Shown: positions 18,071 to 28,438 of the stretch, one piece after another
Layout: each line of letters starts with the position of its first letter
Position numbering within the stretch: position 1 is the first letter of the stretch
Origin: Clostridiaceae bacterium
GTDB taxonomy: Bacteria > Bacillota > Clostridia > Peptostreptococcales > T1SED10-28
Length of the DNA: 64,000 nt
Reading direction: 5' to 3'
Assembly: GCA_003554105.1 (NCBI GenBank)
Contig: PWFQ01000006.1
Location: 3,036-67,035, forward strand
Translations under genes and position numbers: made by a program
Notes under the pieces: model-generated
Told to the model about the DNA's origin: nothing
Database searches by the model: none
The model's input: only the letters and a program-made list of their open reading frames with translations

Positions 18071-19825
18071 ATGAAAAAAACAAAAGTAGTCTGCACGATT
18101 GGCCCAGCAAGTGAAAATTATGACATTCTTATGAAGTTGATTGAGAGTGGGATGAACGTAGCAAGATTGAATTTTTCCCATGGAAATCAAGATGAACATC
18201 GAAGTCGAATTGAAATGATTCAGCAGGCCAGTGAGGACAGCGATATGCCTATTGCAATTATGTTGGATACCAAGGGACCTGAAATACGTACAGGGAAATT
18301 TAAAATGGATGTTGTAGAGCTGATGCAGGGAGATCATTTCACGATTACTACAAGGGATGTGGAAGGAGATCAGAATATCTGTTCCGTTTCTTATTCCGGA
18401 ATTGTGCAGGATGTAAAAGTGGGGGATCGAATTCTTATAGATGACGGGCTGGTTTCTCTAAAAATCATGGAAATTCCCAATGAGACGGATATTCTTTGTC
18501 TTGTGGAAAATCAAGGGGAGATTAAAGACCATAAGGGCGTGAATCTTCCCGGTGTAAAGACGAATTTACCTGCAATCACCGATAAAGATATTAGCGATAT
18601 TCAATTTGGAATTGAGATGGGCGTGGATTTCATTGCGGCATCTTTCGTAAGAAAAGCGGAGGATGTGCTGGAGATTAGAAAAATCCTTGAAGACCATGGG
18701 GCGGATCATATTAAAATTATCCCGAAAATTGAGAACCAGGAAGGTGTGGACAATCTGGATGAAATTATCGAGGTTTCTGATGGGATCATGGTCGCAAGGG
18801 GAGATCTTGGTGTTGAAGTTCCAACAGAAGAAATTGCAATTATACAAAAGGATATGATCCACCGGTGTAACATGGTGGGAAAGCCGGTGATTACTGCGAC
18901 ACAAATGCTGGATTCTATGATTCGAAATCCAAGACCCACAAGAGCTGAAGTTACCGACGTGTCCAATGCCATTTTTGACGGCAGTGATGCTATTATGCTC
19001 TCCGGTGAGACCGCAGCAGGGAAGTATCCTGTTGAAGCTGTTGAAACCATGGCAAGAATTGCAAAACGCACAGAACAAGCCATTGAATATCAAAAAGAGC
19101 TGCATGAACGTTCAACGGGTGCGAATCTTTCAGTTACTGATGCCATTAGCTATTCTACTTGTACAACTGCCATGAGCCTTGGTGCTGCAGCTATAATTAC
19201 AGCAACATCTTCCGGGCACACAGCAAGGATGGTGTCCAAGTTCCGTCCAAGCTCTCAAATTATAGCTGTTACCACCAGTGAAAGAGTGAGAAGACAGTTG
19301 GCTCTAAGCTGGGGAGTATACAGTATTACTATGGATGAAATGGAATCGACGGATGACATTATTAACGTTTCTGTGATGAATGCCTTGAAGGAAAAGTACA
19401 TTGAACCGGGAGATTTGGTTGTGATTACTGCGGGGGTTCCTGTTGGAGTAGCGGGAACGACAAACTTAATTAAGGTTCATGTTGCCAGTGAAATTCTTCT
19501 TTCAGGAAAAGGGATCGGTAAGAAATCGGTCACTGGACGGGCTGTGATCGTGGATGACAAGGAAGATCTTAATGAAGTGAAAGAAGGCGACATTCTTGTG
19601 ACTTATGCCACAGATCGCAGCTTTATGGACGCAATCGAACGGTCAGGAGCAGTGATTGTTGAAGAAGGAGGACTTACAGGCCATGCAGCCATAGTCGGTT
19701 TGAATCTTCATAAAATCACCGTTGTGGGTGTAGATAAAGCCAGAGAAACCCTAAGAACCGGAGATATCGTCACAGTTGACGGTGCAACAGGATTGATTTA
19801 TAGTGGTAAGAGTAAAGTGCTTTAA
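18071..19825 (+). CDS. pyk: pyruvate kinase with C-terminal PEP-utilizer mobile domain
   Basis: ATG 18071 follows GGAGGTGG and gives MKKTKVVCTIGPAS; the track start at 18002 overlaps the pfkA end. C-terminal GGLTGHAAIVG phospho-His-type domain, as in Bacillus-type PK. Confidence 0.95.
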   Translation: MKKTKVVCTIGPASENYDILMKLIESGMNVARLNFSHGNQDEHRSRIEMIQQASEDSDMPIAIMLDTKGPEIRTGKFKMDVVELMQGDHFTITTRDVEGDQNICSVSYSGIVQDVKVGDRILIDDGLVSLKIMEIPNETDILCLVENQGEIKDHKGVNLPGVKTNLPAITDKDISDIQFGIEMGVDFIAASFVRKAEDVLEIRKILEDHGADHIKIIPKIENQEGVDNLDEIIEVSDGIMVARGDLGVEVPTEEIAIIQKDMIHRCNMVGKPVITATQMLDSMIRNPRPTRAEVTDVSNAIFDGSDAIMLSGETAAGKYPVEAVETMARIAKRTEQAIEYQKELHERSTGANLSVTDAISYSTCTTAMSLGAAAIITATSSGHTARMVSKFRPSSQIIAVTTSERVRRQLALSWGVYSITMDEMESTDDIINVSVMNALKEKYIEPGDLVVITAGVPVGVAGTTNLIKVHVASEILLSGKGIGKKSVTGRAVIVDDKEDLNEVKEGDILVTYATDRSFMDAIERSGAVIVEEGGLTGHAAIVGLNLHKITVVGVDKARETLRTGDIVTVDGATGLIYSGKSKVL

Positions 19826-19851
19826 AACTTTTTGAAAGAAGGGACAAAAAA

Positions 19852-20280
19852 ATGAACCGACATGGTGTGAAGATACGGCCAAGATACGGAGAGACGGATC
19901 AGATGGGGATCATCTACCATGGAAATTATTTTCTATGGTATGAAGTGTCAAGAACAACATTTTTAAAGGAGCAGGGTCTCAGCTATCGCTCAATGGAAGA
20001 GATGGGTGTGCTGTTACCAGTGATAGAAGTATCCTGCCAATACAGAAAATCTGCCCTATACGATGATGATTTAGAGGTTTTTTCCAGTATCGATCATCTG
20101 ACTCCAACCAGACTTTCATTCGTTTACGAAATTGTCAGGGATGGAGAAGAAACCATTGCCACGGGAAAAACCCACCATGTTTATCTTGACCCTGAGAAAA
20201 AACGGCCGATGAATCTTAAGAGACATTTTCCGGAGATCTATGAACTGCTAAAAAACCTGAAAGCCGCAAAAGAGGTGTGA
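19852..20280 (+). CDS. acyl-CoA thioesterase, YbgC/4HBT family
   Basis: 142 aa with YGETDQMGIIYHGNYFLWYE (hotdog-fold signature). Confidence 0.8.
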   Translation: MNRHGVKIRPRYGETDQMGIIYHGNYFLWYEVSRTTFLKEQGLSYRSMEEMGVLLPVIEVSCQYRKSALYDDDLEVFSSIDHLTPTRLSFVYEIVRDGEETIATGKTHHVYLDPEKKRPMNLKRHFPEIYELLKNLKAAKEV

Positions 20281-20282
20281 TA

Positions 20283-20783
20283 ATGCTTGGAAAATTGATT
20301 TTTTTATTTACTGTGGTGCCGATTGTGGAACTGTTGATTCTAATTGAAATCGGGGGCGCTATCGGAGTACTCAATACTGTCCTGCTTGTTTTGATTACAG
20401 GGATCGTGGGAGCCGTACTGGCCAAAAGTGAAGGAAGACAGATTATCGCCAACATTCAGCGGGAAACCTCCATGGGGAGAATGCCCGGAGATGAGCTGAT
20501 CAACGGCTTAAGTGTTCTTCTGGGAGGTGCCATGCTGGTGACACCGGGGATCTTTACCGATGTTGTCGGATTTACTTTGGTGATCCCCTTTACCAGAGGT
20601 CTTTTAATCGGCTTCATTAAAAAGCAGGTAAAAGGCATGATTAAAGAGGGAAACGTGAAGGTATACTACAATTCTCCTTTCCAAGGGCAAAGACCCGATG
20701 TGCATAGAGGAGAAAAGGAGGATTTTCAAAAGAATTTTCAAAATGCTGAGGATGTGGACTACGAAGAGGTGGATAAGGAATGA
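20283..20783 (+). CDS. fxsA: FxsA family membrane protein
   Basis: MLGKLIFLFTVVPIVELLILIEIGGAIG is a typical FxsA N-terminus. ATG 20283 is preferred over the track start at 20277. Confidence 0.8.
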   Translation: MLGKLIFLFTVVPIVELLILIEIGGAIGVLNTVLLVLITGIVGAVLAKSEGRQIIANIQRETSMGRMPGDELINGLSVLLGGAMLVTPGIFTDVVGFTLVIPFTRGLLIGFIKKQVKGMIKEGNVKVYYNSPFQGQRPDVHRGEKEDFQKNFQNAEDVDYEEVDKE

Positions 20784-21805
20784 GGAGAATCGAGCAGCGT
20801 TCAATCAGAAGAGGCGGACCAAAGGTCTCCGCGGTAGGTTTCGGCGGCATCCCAATTCAGCGGATTACTGAGGAAGAGGGAGTTCAAATTGTTAAAAGCC
20901 TTCAGGATTCAGGAATCAATTTCATCGATACAGCCAGAGGCTATGGAAAAAGTGAAGAAGTGATCGGGAAAGGTCTGATGAAATCGGATGCGGACTATCC
21001 CTGGTTTCTTGCCACAAAATCCATGGCTCGGGATTATGAAGGGATGAAAAAGGACATAGAGTTGAGTTTAACAAATCTTCAATGTCAATCCATCGATCTT
21101 TATCAACTGCATAATGTTCGTCTTGAACAGGAATATACCAGGATTATGTCCGATCAGGGTGCCTACAGGGCACTATCTGAGGCGAGGGACAAGGGGAGGA
21201 TCCGAATGATCGGCTTTACTTCCCATGATGTGGATATGGCCATGAAAGCTGTTGAGAGCGGACTCTTTGATACGATCCAGTTTCCCTATAATATTGTCGA
21301 GAGTCAAGGAGTCAAAGTGTTTGAAAAAGCCCATGAAAAGGGAGTCGGGGTCATCATAATGAAACCTCTGGCAGGCGGAGCCATTGATAATGGGGAGATT
21401 GCCTTGAAATTCATTCTTAACAACCCTCATGTTACAGTGGCGATTCCCGGGATGGATTCCTTAAAACAAATCCCGGAGAACGCTGGAGTTGCAACCGGTA
21501 ATTATGAATTTACCCGGGAAGAGAAGCAGTACATTGAGCAGATCAGGGATGACCTTGGCAATCGGTTTTGTCGCCGGTGCGGGTACTGTGGACCATGTGC
21601 AGCTGGGATCAACATTCCCGTGCAGTTTTTGATGGAAGGCTACTATTCCCGATATGACCTGAAAGAATGGGCTCATAGTCGATACGATGCCTTGGATAAA
21701 AAAGCATCAGATTGTGAGAAGTGCGGACTCTGTGAAGAAAAATGCCCCTATGATCTTCCGATACGGGATATGCTGGATGAAGTAAGAGCTGTTATGGAAG
21801 AATAA
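20780..21805 (+). CDS. aldo/keto reductase with C-terminal 4Fe-4S domain
   Basis: 341 aa. AKR-like N-terminus (GFGGIPIQR, IDTARGYG). C-terminal CRRCGYCGPC and CEKCGLCEEKCP. ATGA overlap with fxsA. Confidence 0.85.
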   Translation: MRRIEQRSIRRGGPKVSAVGFGGIPIQRITEEEGVQIVKSLQDSGINFIDTARGYGKSEEVIGKGLMKSDADYPWFLATKSMARDYEGMKKDIELSLTNLQCQSIDLYQLHNVRLEQEYTRIMSDQGAYRALSEARDKGRIRMIGFTSHDVDMAMKAVESGLFDTIQFPYNIVESQGVKVFEKAHEKGVGVIIMKPLAGGAIDNGEIALKFILNNPHVTVAIPGMDSLKQIPENAGVATGNYEFTREEKQYIEQIRDDLGNRFCRRCGYCGPCAAGINIPVQFLMEGYYSRYDLKEWAHSRYDALDKKASDCEKCGLCEEKCPYDLPIRDMLDEVRAVMEE

Positions 21806-21817
21806 TAAAGCACCACT

Positions 21818-21858
21818 AAAAAAGCCGGGATTTGACTTTTCTCCAAATTCCGGCTTTT
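21818..21858. terminator. bidirectional rho-independent terminator between convergent genes
   Basis: AAAAGCCGGGATTTG / CAAATTCCGGCTTTT long stem flanked by an A-run and a T-run. Confidence 0.6.
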
Positions 21859-21895
21859 AATGATTTATAAACATCATCCTGTGCATTTTCAAGTT

Positions 21896-23299
21896 TTAAG
21901 GGTTTTCAATGTTGATAAGTACCGGGTCCCTGATCGGACGATCCAGTGGATAATGGAATAGAGAATCCTCACCGTTTCCATTATTCAGACTGATCACGAC
22001 CCCATCAATGTTGGAGAATTGAAGATAGCCTTTTAACAAACCGTCCAACGCCATAAGAATCTTTTCTTCGCTTAAATCTTCAAGAGAGGATTCATCGAAA
22101 TAAAAGTAAACGATATTGTCTTCGATGAAGAGATCACTGGGATAAAAACCCGGTGGAACAATTGGGAATTTAAGGTGATCATAAAAATGAGGACTCCCAC
22201 GAAGCTGGTGCAACTGATAGTACCCCTCGGGATTAAGCAGTTCTCCTTCTTCGGAGAAAAATCCCATGACGGACTCAAAAGAGTCTTCCTCACTTAGAAA
22301 TACCGGTACAAGCAAAGCTCTTTCAGTCTGTGTCGAGTAACCGAAATATAGACGGGGTCCATCGGGGAAACCGACAGGTTCATCCACCTGAACTCCTCCA
22401 AAAGCTTCCTCCCGGATTTCCTGATTAAAATAAAACTGATGATCTGACGCTCTGACTCCGGGAGTCGATAAGAAAGAGTAGGTAAAGGCCCGGAAGATCG
22501 GAGGCCAAAGCTGAGGATCATCGAACCGCTCAAAATCACCATGGATATTGACACTTGTACGTCCCTGCTGAAAGGAGATAAGCCCCCAGGAAGGAAAATC
22601 GTAGTCATCGCCACTTTTTAATCCTAAATTCTCATCGGGTCCTCCGGCCAATGCAAGGGCAACTTGAACCAAACGACGATCCGAGGTGGTGATGAAGCGA
22701 GTAACAGGAACCGAATAGTCAGTCATCTCCGTTGGGAAATAGAGAACAAGCGGAATTCTTCCCTGGGGATTTCTAAGTAAGGATGCAATGTAGTCAAAAT
22801 CCCTATCAAAAATAATTTGGAAAGATTCTTCTTCAACTGCCGCTATTTCTTCCCTGTCGGTTCGTAATATCAGTTCGAATTCACCATCACTTAGTTCCAG
22901 GATTTTCTGATCAATGGAAAAATGAAATTCAACTGTTTCTCCGGTTAATAGATCTCCGGGGGAGTGTTCAGGAGAAACCGATGTGAAATCCAATGTTCGA
23001 ACAGGCTCCTGATCGATTAAAATTTCAAGCACAAAAAGATCCTCTTCATAGGGAACTTCACCATGAAGGATCTGTAGATCGACATATAAATCATATTGAC
23101 CGGCTTCTCCCTGCACAAATCGATAATCAGCCGCAACTTCCACAGGACCGTTTTCATCGACAGGCGGAGTCACGTCGTCATTATCCGTGGCTCTTTCCCA
23201 AAAGGTGTCAGCATCGATTCGGTCGAAATAGAGGGGAGAACCGGTGGCCATTATTACAATCATAAGCAGTAGAATAATTTTACCAAGGCTTCTTAACAT
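21896..23299 (-). CDS. secreted protein, probable GerMN-domain protein
   Basis: Start ATG 23299 after GAGGTG gives MLRSLGKIILLLMIVIMATG (signal/anchor). An internal segment VPVTRFI...VALALAGGPDENLGLKS resembles GerM-type domains. Confidence 0.55.
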   Translation of the reverse strand: MLRSLGKIILLLMIVIMATGSPLYFDRIDADTFWERATDNDDVTPPVDENGPVEVAADYRFVQGEAGQYDLYVDLQILHGEVPYEEDLFVLEILIDQEPVRTLDFTSVSPEHSPGDLLTGETVEFHFSIDQKILELSDGEFELILRTDREEIAAVEEESFQIIFDRDFDYIASLLRNPQGRIPLVLYFPTEMTDYSVPVTRFITTSDRRLVQVALALAGGPDENLGLKSGDDYDFPSWGLISFQQGRTSVNIHGDFERFDDPQLWPPIFRAFTYSFLSTPGVRASDHQFYFNQEIREEAFGGVQVDEPVGFPDGPRLYFGYSTQTERALLVPVFLSEEDSFESVMGFFSEEGELLNPEGYYQLHQLRGSPHFYDHLKFPIVPPGFYPSDLFIEDNIVYFYFDESSLEDLSEEKILMALDGLLKGYLQFSNIDGVVISLNNGNGEDSLFHYPLDRPIRDPVLINIENP

Positions 23300-23453
23300 T
23301 TCGCACCTCACTTTCCTTCTATCTACTATTATAGATTAATCGGAAGCAATTATAAACAGTGATAGGAGAATTAAAGAGAAAATCAATGAATTTTTTTGTT
23401 AGATAGGGTAAGATAAGAGAAGCAACCAGATTCAACTAGAGGAGAGAAGAACA

Positions 23454-24809
23454 TTGATTAGAAAAGGATTTATCTATACAATCACAATTGATGACATAGG
23501 ACATAAAGGTGAAGGGGTCGGAAAAATTAACGGGATCCCTGTCTTTGTTGATGGCGGGATCCCCGGAGATGAGTTGAAAATCCGAACAACAAAGGTAAAA
23601 AAGAACTATGCCTTCGGGGAATTGAAGGAAATCCTGAAGCCATCAAAGGATCGTGTCACACCCCGCTGTCCATTGGCGGATTCATGTGGCGGATGCCAGA
23701 TTATGCAAATGGATTATACAGCCCAGTTGAAAATTAAGAAGAATCGGGTACAGGAAACTCTAAAACGCATCGGAAAAATTCATTCCCCGGTATTCGATGT
23801 GATCGGAATGGAGGAGCCCTATGAATATCGAAACAAAGCACAATTTCCAATTGGTTGGAAGGGGAATCGTCCGGTAATGGGCTTCTATCGGAGCGGAAGT
23901 CACGAGATTGTGGACACAAACCGGTGTTTTATTCAGGATCCTGTCAATAACAAGCTTCTGAGCTTTATGAAAGGGTTTATTCTTGATTATGGACTGTCGG
24001 TTTATGACGAACATACAGGGAAAGGATTGTTGCGTCATTTTATAACAAGGGTCAGTCAATGGAACGGGGATGTTATGGTAATTGTCGTGCTCAATGGCCA
24101 GGAAATCCCTCATCAGGAAACCCTGATCAAAGAAATTCTTCAACTTGAACCAAAAATAAAGACGATTGCAGTTAATCGTAATCTGAAGAAAACCAATGTC
24201 ATTTACGGTGAGGAAACAGAAGTGATCTATGGAGAGGGATATATTGTGGATCGTCTTGGCGAGAGAGAGTTTATGATTTCTCCCCGTTCATTTTTTCAGG
24301 TAAACTCCATACAGACAGAGGTTCTTTATAAGACAGCCTTAGATTATTGCGACCTGACGGGAGAGGAAACAGTAATCGATCTCTATTGTGGAATCGGTAC
24401 GATTTCCCTTTTTCTCACGGAAAAAGCAAAAAAGGTATATGGGATCGAAATCGTCCCGGAAGCCATAGAAGATGCAAAGAGGAACTGCCGGTTAAACGGT
24501 ATTGAGAATGCAGAATTTCTTTTGGGTAAAGCGGAGGAAGAGGCTCCAAAACTATTTGAACAGGGAGTATCAGCAGATGTAGTCGTTGTGGATCCTCCAA
24601 GAAAGGGCTGTGAGGAAAAAGTTCTTGAGACCATAGTGGAGATGGAGCCAAAGAAAATCGTTTATGTTTCCTGTAACCCTTCCACATTGGCAAGGGATCT
24701 GGAAATTCTGGAAGGAAAGGGATATGAAACTAAAAGAGTTCAGCCCGTGGATTTGTTTTGCCATAGCGCTCACATAGAGACGGTAACACTGCTTACAAAA
24801 CGGGGATAA
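23454..24809 (+). CDS. rlmD: 23S rRNA (uracil-C5)-methyltransferase, RumA/RlmD family (TRAM + Fe-S + SAM MTase)
   Basis: 451 aa with a TTG start after GAGGAG. TRAM-like N-terminus, CPLADSCGGCQIMQMDY, DLYCGIGT, DPPRKG and a C-terminal Cys. Confidence 0.85.
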   Translation: MIRKGFIYTITIDDIGHKGEGVGKINGIPVFVDGGIPGDELKIRTTKVKKNYAFGELKEILKPSKDRVTPRCPLADSCGGCQIMQMDYTAQLKIKKNRVQETLKRIGKIHSPVFDVIGMEEPYEYRNKAQFPIGWKGNRPVMGFYRSGSHEIVDTNRCFIQDPVNNKLLSFMKGFILDYGLSVYDEHTGKGLLRHFITRVSQWNGDVMVIVVLNGQEIPHQETLIKEILQLEPKIKTIAVNRNLKKTNVIYGEETEVIYGEGYIVDRLGEREFMISPRSFFQVNSIQTEVLYKTALDYCDLTGEETVIDLYCGIGTISLFLTEKAKKVYGIEIVPEAIEDAKRNCRLNGIENAEFLLGKAEEEAPKLFEQGVSADVVVVDPPRKGCEEKVLETIVEMEPKKIVYVSCNPSTLARDLEILEGKGYETKRVQPVDLFCHSAHIETVTLLTKRG

Positions 24810-24896
24810 TACGGGAGGCAGGCATGGAAATGATAAGTGTCAGGGGAAACGATCTTTCCCGGGAGAGTCCAAAGGACACAACTTACGAGGTGATTT

Positions 24897-26612
24897 ATGA
24901 ATAAGCAGGGCATTATCCATGAAATTCAGTCATCTCATGCTTATGGGATAAGGGGTGACCGGGCAAGATTTGTTTTGAAAGCTCCAAGAAATGAATTGCT
25001 CGATGCGGGTTTTGTATGGGCGGACAAATATCTTTATGAGAGAGGGATTTCAGGGAAAAACCATTTGAACATGAGGATGTTTGCAAAGGACCATTACTAT
25101 GACTACTTTGAAGTGGAAGTGGACTTTACGGTTTTGAATCTTAATTATTATTTCGTGCTGAGAGATGAACGGGAAATCCTTTACATGGGGAAGGATCATT
25201 TCTATGATGAGGAAATCAACGATCCATGGAGGATGTACCATCTGGCCTCCATCTTTCCTGAAGATGAGTTCAAAACCCCATCCTGGGCAGCAGCCGCAAT
25301 TGTTTATCAAATCTTTCCCGATCGGTTCCATCCCGGAGAGGACGATCGGAATTCATCTATATGGAACGGTAAAATTTCCCATAATACTTTTTTGGGAGGA
25401 ACTTTGAAAGGAATAGAGGATAATCTTGAATACATGCAGGATCTGGGAGTGAACACAATCTATCTTACTCCTCTCTTTAAATCCTCATCCAATCATCGCT
25501 ATAATACCACGGATTACTATGAGGTTGATCCCCGGCTGGGGAATAAAGAAGATTTGAGAAGATTAATACAAGAGATGAAGAGACGAAAAATCCGAATCGT
25601 TTTCGACTTTGTGTTTAATCACACCGGGTATGATTTTTTTGCATTCCGGGACATTATGGAAAAAGGGGAAAGTTCAATCTACAAAGACTGGTATTATATT
25701 GACGGATTTCCTTTAAAATCTGAAAGAGGAAAAAAGCCGAATTATAAATCTTTTGGGTATTTCTATGGCATGCCGAAAGTAAATCTTGATCATCCGGAAG
25801 CATCGCAATACTTTTTAGATGTTGCCAAGTATTGGGTGAAAAACTTTGACATCGATGGACTCAGAATGGATGTGGCAGATGAAATGTCCCCGCGGTTTTT
25901 ACGATCTCTCAGAGAAGAAGTCAGGAGCATAAACCCCGAAATTCTCATGATTGGAGAAATCTGGTATGATGCGAAAGCCTGGTTAAAAGGGGATTGCTTT
26001 GATACGGTAATGAATTATGTGTTTTACCATGGAGTTAAAGAATTAATCGGTAAAGGAACCATGAGTCCAGAAGATTTTCTGAATGAAATCGGAGGATTGA
26101 TGGGAAACTACAAAAAAGAAGTGCATCATCTGTTGTGGAATTTGATCGGCAGCCATGATACACCGAGATTTATAAATGAAGCCAAGTACTCCCTCAAAAG
26201 ACAGAAGCTTGCAGTTCTTTTACAAATGACGATGCCCGGGGTACCTATGATTTATTACGGGGATGAGGTCGGTATGAAAGGGGGGAGAGACCCGGATAAC
26301 CGCAGGGGAATGATCTGGGAAGAAGACAAACAAAATTCGGATCTGTTGAAGGAGTATAAAAGACTGATTACTCTACGAAAAAATGAACCTCTTCTTGTAA
26401 GTGGAAGTTTCCTTGTAGTGGATCAGGACCTTGTTGAGGATCTTCTTGTATTTCACCGTGTCTCCAAAAATGAGAGAATTTCCGTCATTGTTAATTCAGG
26501 AAAAAATAAAACGACTGTCCCGGGAATGAAAGGACGGATGGATCTTCTGGAAAATAGGGTTATCGAAGGAGAGCTTGTTGTAAAAGGCCTTTCAGGAGCC
26601 ATCATAAAATAG
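24897..26612 (+). CDS. glycoside hydrolase family 13 (cyclomaltodextrinase/neopullulanase-like)
   Basis: 571 aa. GH13 regions I-IV: DFVFNHTG, GLRMDVADE, MIGEIW and IGSHDTPR. Confidence 0.85.
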   Translation: MNKQGIIHEIQSSHAYGIRGDRARFVLKAPRNELLDAGFVWADKYLYERGISGKNHLNMRMFAKDHYYDYFEVEVDFTVLNLNYYFVLRDEREILYMGKDHFYDEEINDPWRMYHLASIFPEDEFKTPSWAAAAIVYQIFPDRFHPGEDDRNSSIWNGKISHNTFLGGTLKGIEDNLEYMQDLGVNTIYLTPLFKSSSNHRYNTTDYYEVDPRLGNKEDLRRLIQEMKRRKIRIVFDFVFNHTGYDFFAFRDIMEKGESSIYKDWYYIDGFPLKSERGKKPNYKSFGYFYGMPKVNLDHPEASQYFLDVAKYWVKNFDIDGLRMDVADEMSPRFLRSLREEVRSINPEILMIGEIWYDAKAWLKGDCFDTVMNYVFYHGVKELIGKGTMSPEDFLNEIGGLMGNYKKEVHHLLWNLIGSHDTPRFINEAKYSLKRQKLAVLLQMTMPGVPMIYYGDEVGMKGGRDPDNRRGMIWEEDKQNSDLLKEYKRLITLRKNEPLLVSGSFLVVDQDLVEDLLVFHRVSKNERISVIVNSGKNKTTVPGMKGRMDLLENRVIEGELVVKGLSGAIIK

Positions 26613-26633
26613 GAAAATCTTTAAAAGAGGAGA

Positions 26634-27752
26634 TCACGGGGATCTCTTCTTTTTTGCTTCCCGAAATCGATGGAGAACCACATTAACTTCCGCACCAAGG
26701 ACAATAATAATACTGCTAATGTATAGCCAAAGAAGGACAACGACAATGCCTCCCAGACTTCCGTATATCGCAGAATAATTGGAAAAATTATTGATATAGT
26801 AAGAAAATCCCAGGGATGCCACAAGCCAAAAAACAACGGTGAACAAAGCGCCCCAAAAAACATCACGCAAACGTAACTTCTTATTGGGAGCAAATTTATA
26901 AAACACAGTGAAAAAGATGATCATTACTCCGATGGGAACAGGATAGCGGATGGTGTTCCATACACGAATGAAATAGTCGGATAAGCCGAAAAAATTAAAG
27001 ACATAGGTACCGATCACCTCACCGAAGACGATGAAGAAAAAAGCAAAAATAATAACAATGGGGACTCCTAAGGTTGTGAGAAGGGCAATCCCCTTTACTT
27101 TTACAAAGTGGCGGGTTTCTTCCACGTTATAGGCGGAATTCACCCCTTTAATTAAGGCATTGGCACCTTTCAGAGAACTCCATAATGCCGCAACCAGGCC
27201 AAAGGAGAGAAGAGCTCCGCTGCTCTCTGTAAAGACCTCGCTAATTGTACCAAAGATTAATGAATGGGCTTCTTCGGGAAGAAGGTTGGATAATTGCTGT
27301 ATGATTATATCCGCTTCCAAAGGAGTGTATTGTAAGACACTGAGCAGGACGATAAAAAACGGGAACATGGCAAGCAATAAATAATATGTGGTTTGCGCCC
27401 CTAAATCAGGGACCCGGTCCATTTTGATATTATGGAGAAGCGCCTTGAAAAAGGATTTATAATCAGGCGGGGAATCCTCCTGATGAAAGTAACTCTCCTT
27501 CGGCAAATCAATCGGCTCATTCTCTGAAGTAATATTCTCGATGGAAGCATCCTCAAATATTTTTTCGTTTTTCTTTAAAGGTGAAGGAGACTCTTTCTTT
27601 ATAGGTCTTTTCGGTTCTGAGGGATCGAGCTTCAAAAGGTTATTTTGCAAACGCAAATGTTGAGATAGCAACAAGATCGTTGCCACTATTAAACCCAGAA
27701 TTGAAAAAATCAACAGGATGCCCAGAAGGGAGAGGTTTTGAAAAAAGTTCAT
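26634..27752 (-). CDS. YihY/BrkB family membrane protein
   Basis: 372 aa, multi-TM, with a YihY-like core (GAQTTYYLLLAMFPFFIVLLS ... GSLGGIVVVLLWLYISS). Confidence 0.8.
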   Translation of the reverse strand: MNFFQNLSLLGILLIFSILGLIVATILLLSQHLRLQNNLLKLDPSEPKRPIKKESPSPLKKNEKIFEDASIENITSENEPIDLPKESYFHQEDSPPDYKSFFKALLHNIKMDRVPDLGAQTTYYLLLAMFPFFIVLLSVLQYTPLEADIIIQQLSNLLPEEAHSLIFGTISEVFTESSGALLSFGLVAALWSSLKGANALIKGVNSAYNVEETRHFVKVKGIALLTTLGVPIVIIFAFFFIVFGEVIGTYVFNFFGLSDYFIRVWNTIRYPVPIGVMIIFFTVFYKFAPNKKLRLRDVFWGALFTVVFWLVASLGFSYYINNFSNYSAIYGSLGGIVVVLLWLYISSIIIVLGAEVNVVLHRFREAKKKRSP

Positions 27753-27852
27753 TTTATCACACCTTTCTATATAGCACTTGTACCAATTTTAGGAATCATT
27801 TAAACGTTGATTATGATAAAATGGAATCAGATCGGAAAAAAGGAGGAAGGGT

Positions 27853-28263
27853 ATGCTGAAAGAGCAAGCAGTGAGTTACTATCAAAAGGGATATAATTGT
27901 GCAGAAGCCATGATTCTTGGAGGAAATGCATATTATGAGTTAAACCTTCCAAAAGAATCTTTTTTAACCATGGCAGCCTTTGGAGGCGGAGTGAACCGGG
28001 AGGATTTGTGTGGAGCGATTTCCGGGGGAGTGGCTCTTCTCGGTCTGATTTTTGTGAAAAACCGCAGTTGCGAGAGTGAAATAATCAAGGAGATCACACA
28101 AGAATACGTGGATCGCTTTGAGTCCTCGATGGGATCCCTTAACTGTAAAATATTGAAGGACTCTCACAGGAATGAGGTTGAAAAATGCACATCAGTAGTT
28201 GAGACTAGCGGCAGAATCCTTGAAGAAACCGTCGAGAAATATAAAAAACATCGTGTGAAGTAA
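27853..28263 (+). CDS. C_GCAxxG_C_C family redox-type protein
   Basis: 136 aa with GYNCAEAM, CGAISGG and later conserved Cys residues. Confidence 0.7.
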   Translation: MLKEQAVSYYQKGYNCAEAMILGGNAYYELNLPKESFLTMAAFGGGVNREDLCGAISGGVALLGLIFVKNRSCESEIIKEITQEYVDRFESSMGSLNCKILKDSHRNEVEKCTSVVETSGRILEETVEKYKKHRVK

Positions 28264-28268
28264 TTTTG

Positions 28269-28300
28269 GAAAGCGCAGAGTAAAAGTCTGCGCTTTCTCT
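28269..28300 (+). terminator. rho-independent terminator
   Basis: GAAAGCGCAG / CTGCGCTTTC 10-bp stem followed by a T-rich tail. Confidence 0.6.
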
Positions 28301-28438
28301 GGTAACAGGAAAGAGTAAATTCCATTCTATGGGAGAATTTTTGAAAGTCATAAGAAGCTTGGACTTCATCAGTTAACAAGAGGAGCAAATCATGGTAAAC
28401 TGTTTACATAAGATGGAAAGAAAGAGGTGGAGCACTTC

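Noticed and set aside
24824-24904. A 26-codon ORF (MEMISVRGNDLSRESPKDTTYEVIYE) with a GGGAGG SD that overlaps the GH13 start codon.
   Set aside because: The GH13 N-terminus is complete without it, the peptide has no recognisable features, and I cannot assess conservation. There is not enough support to call it.
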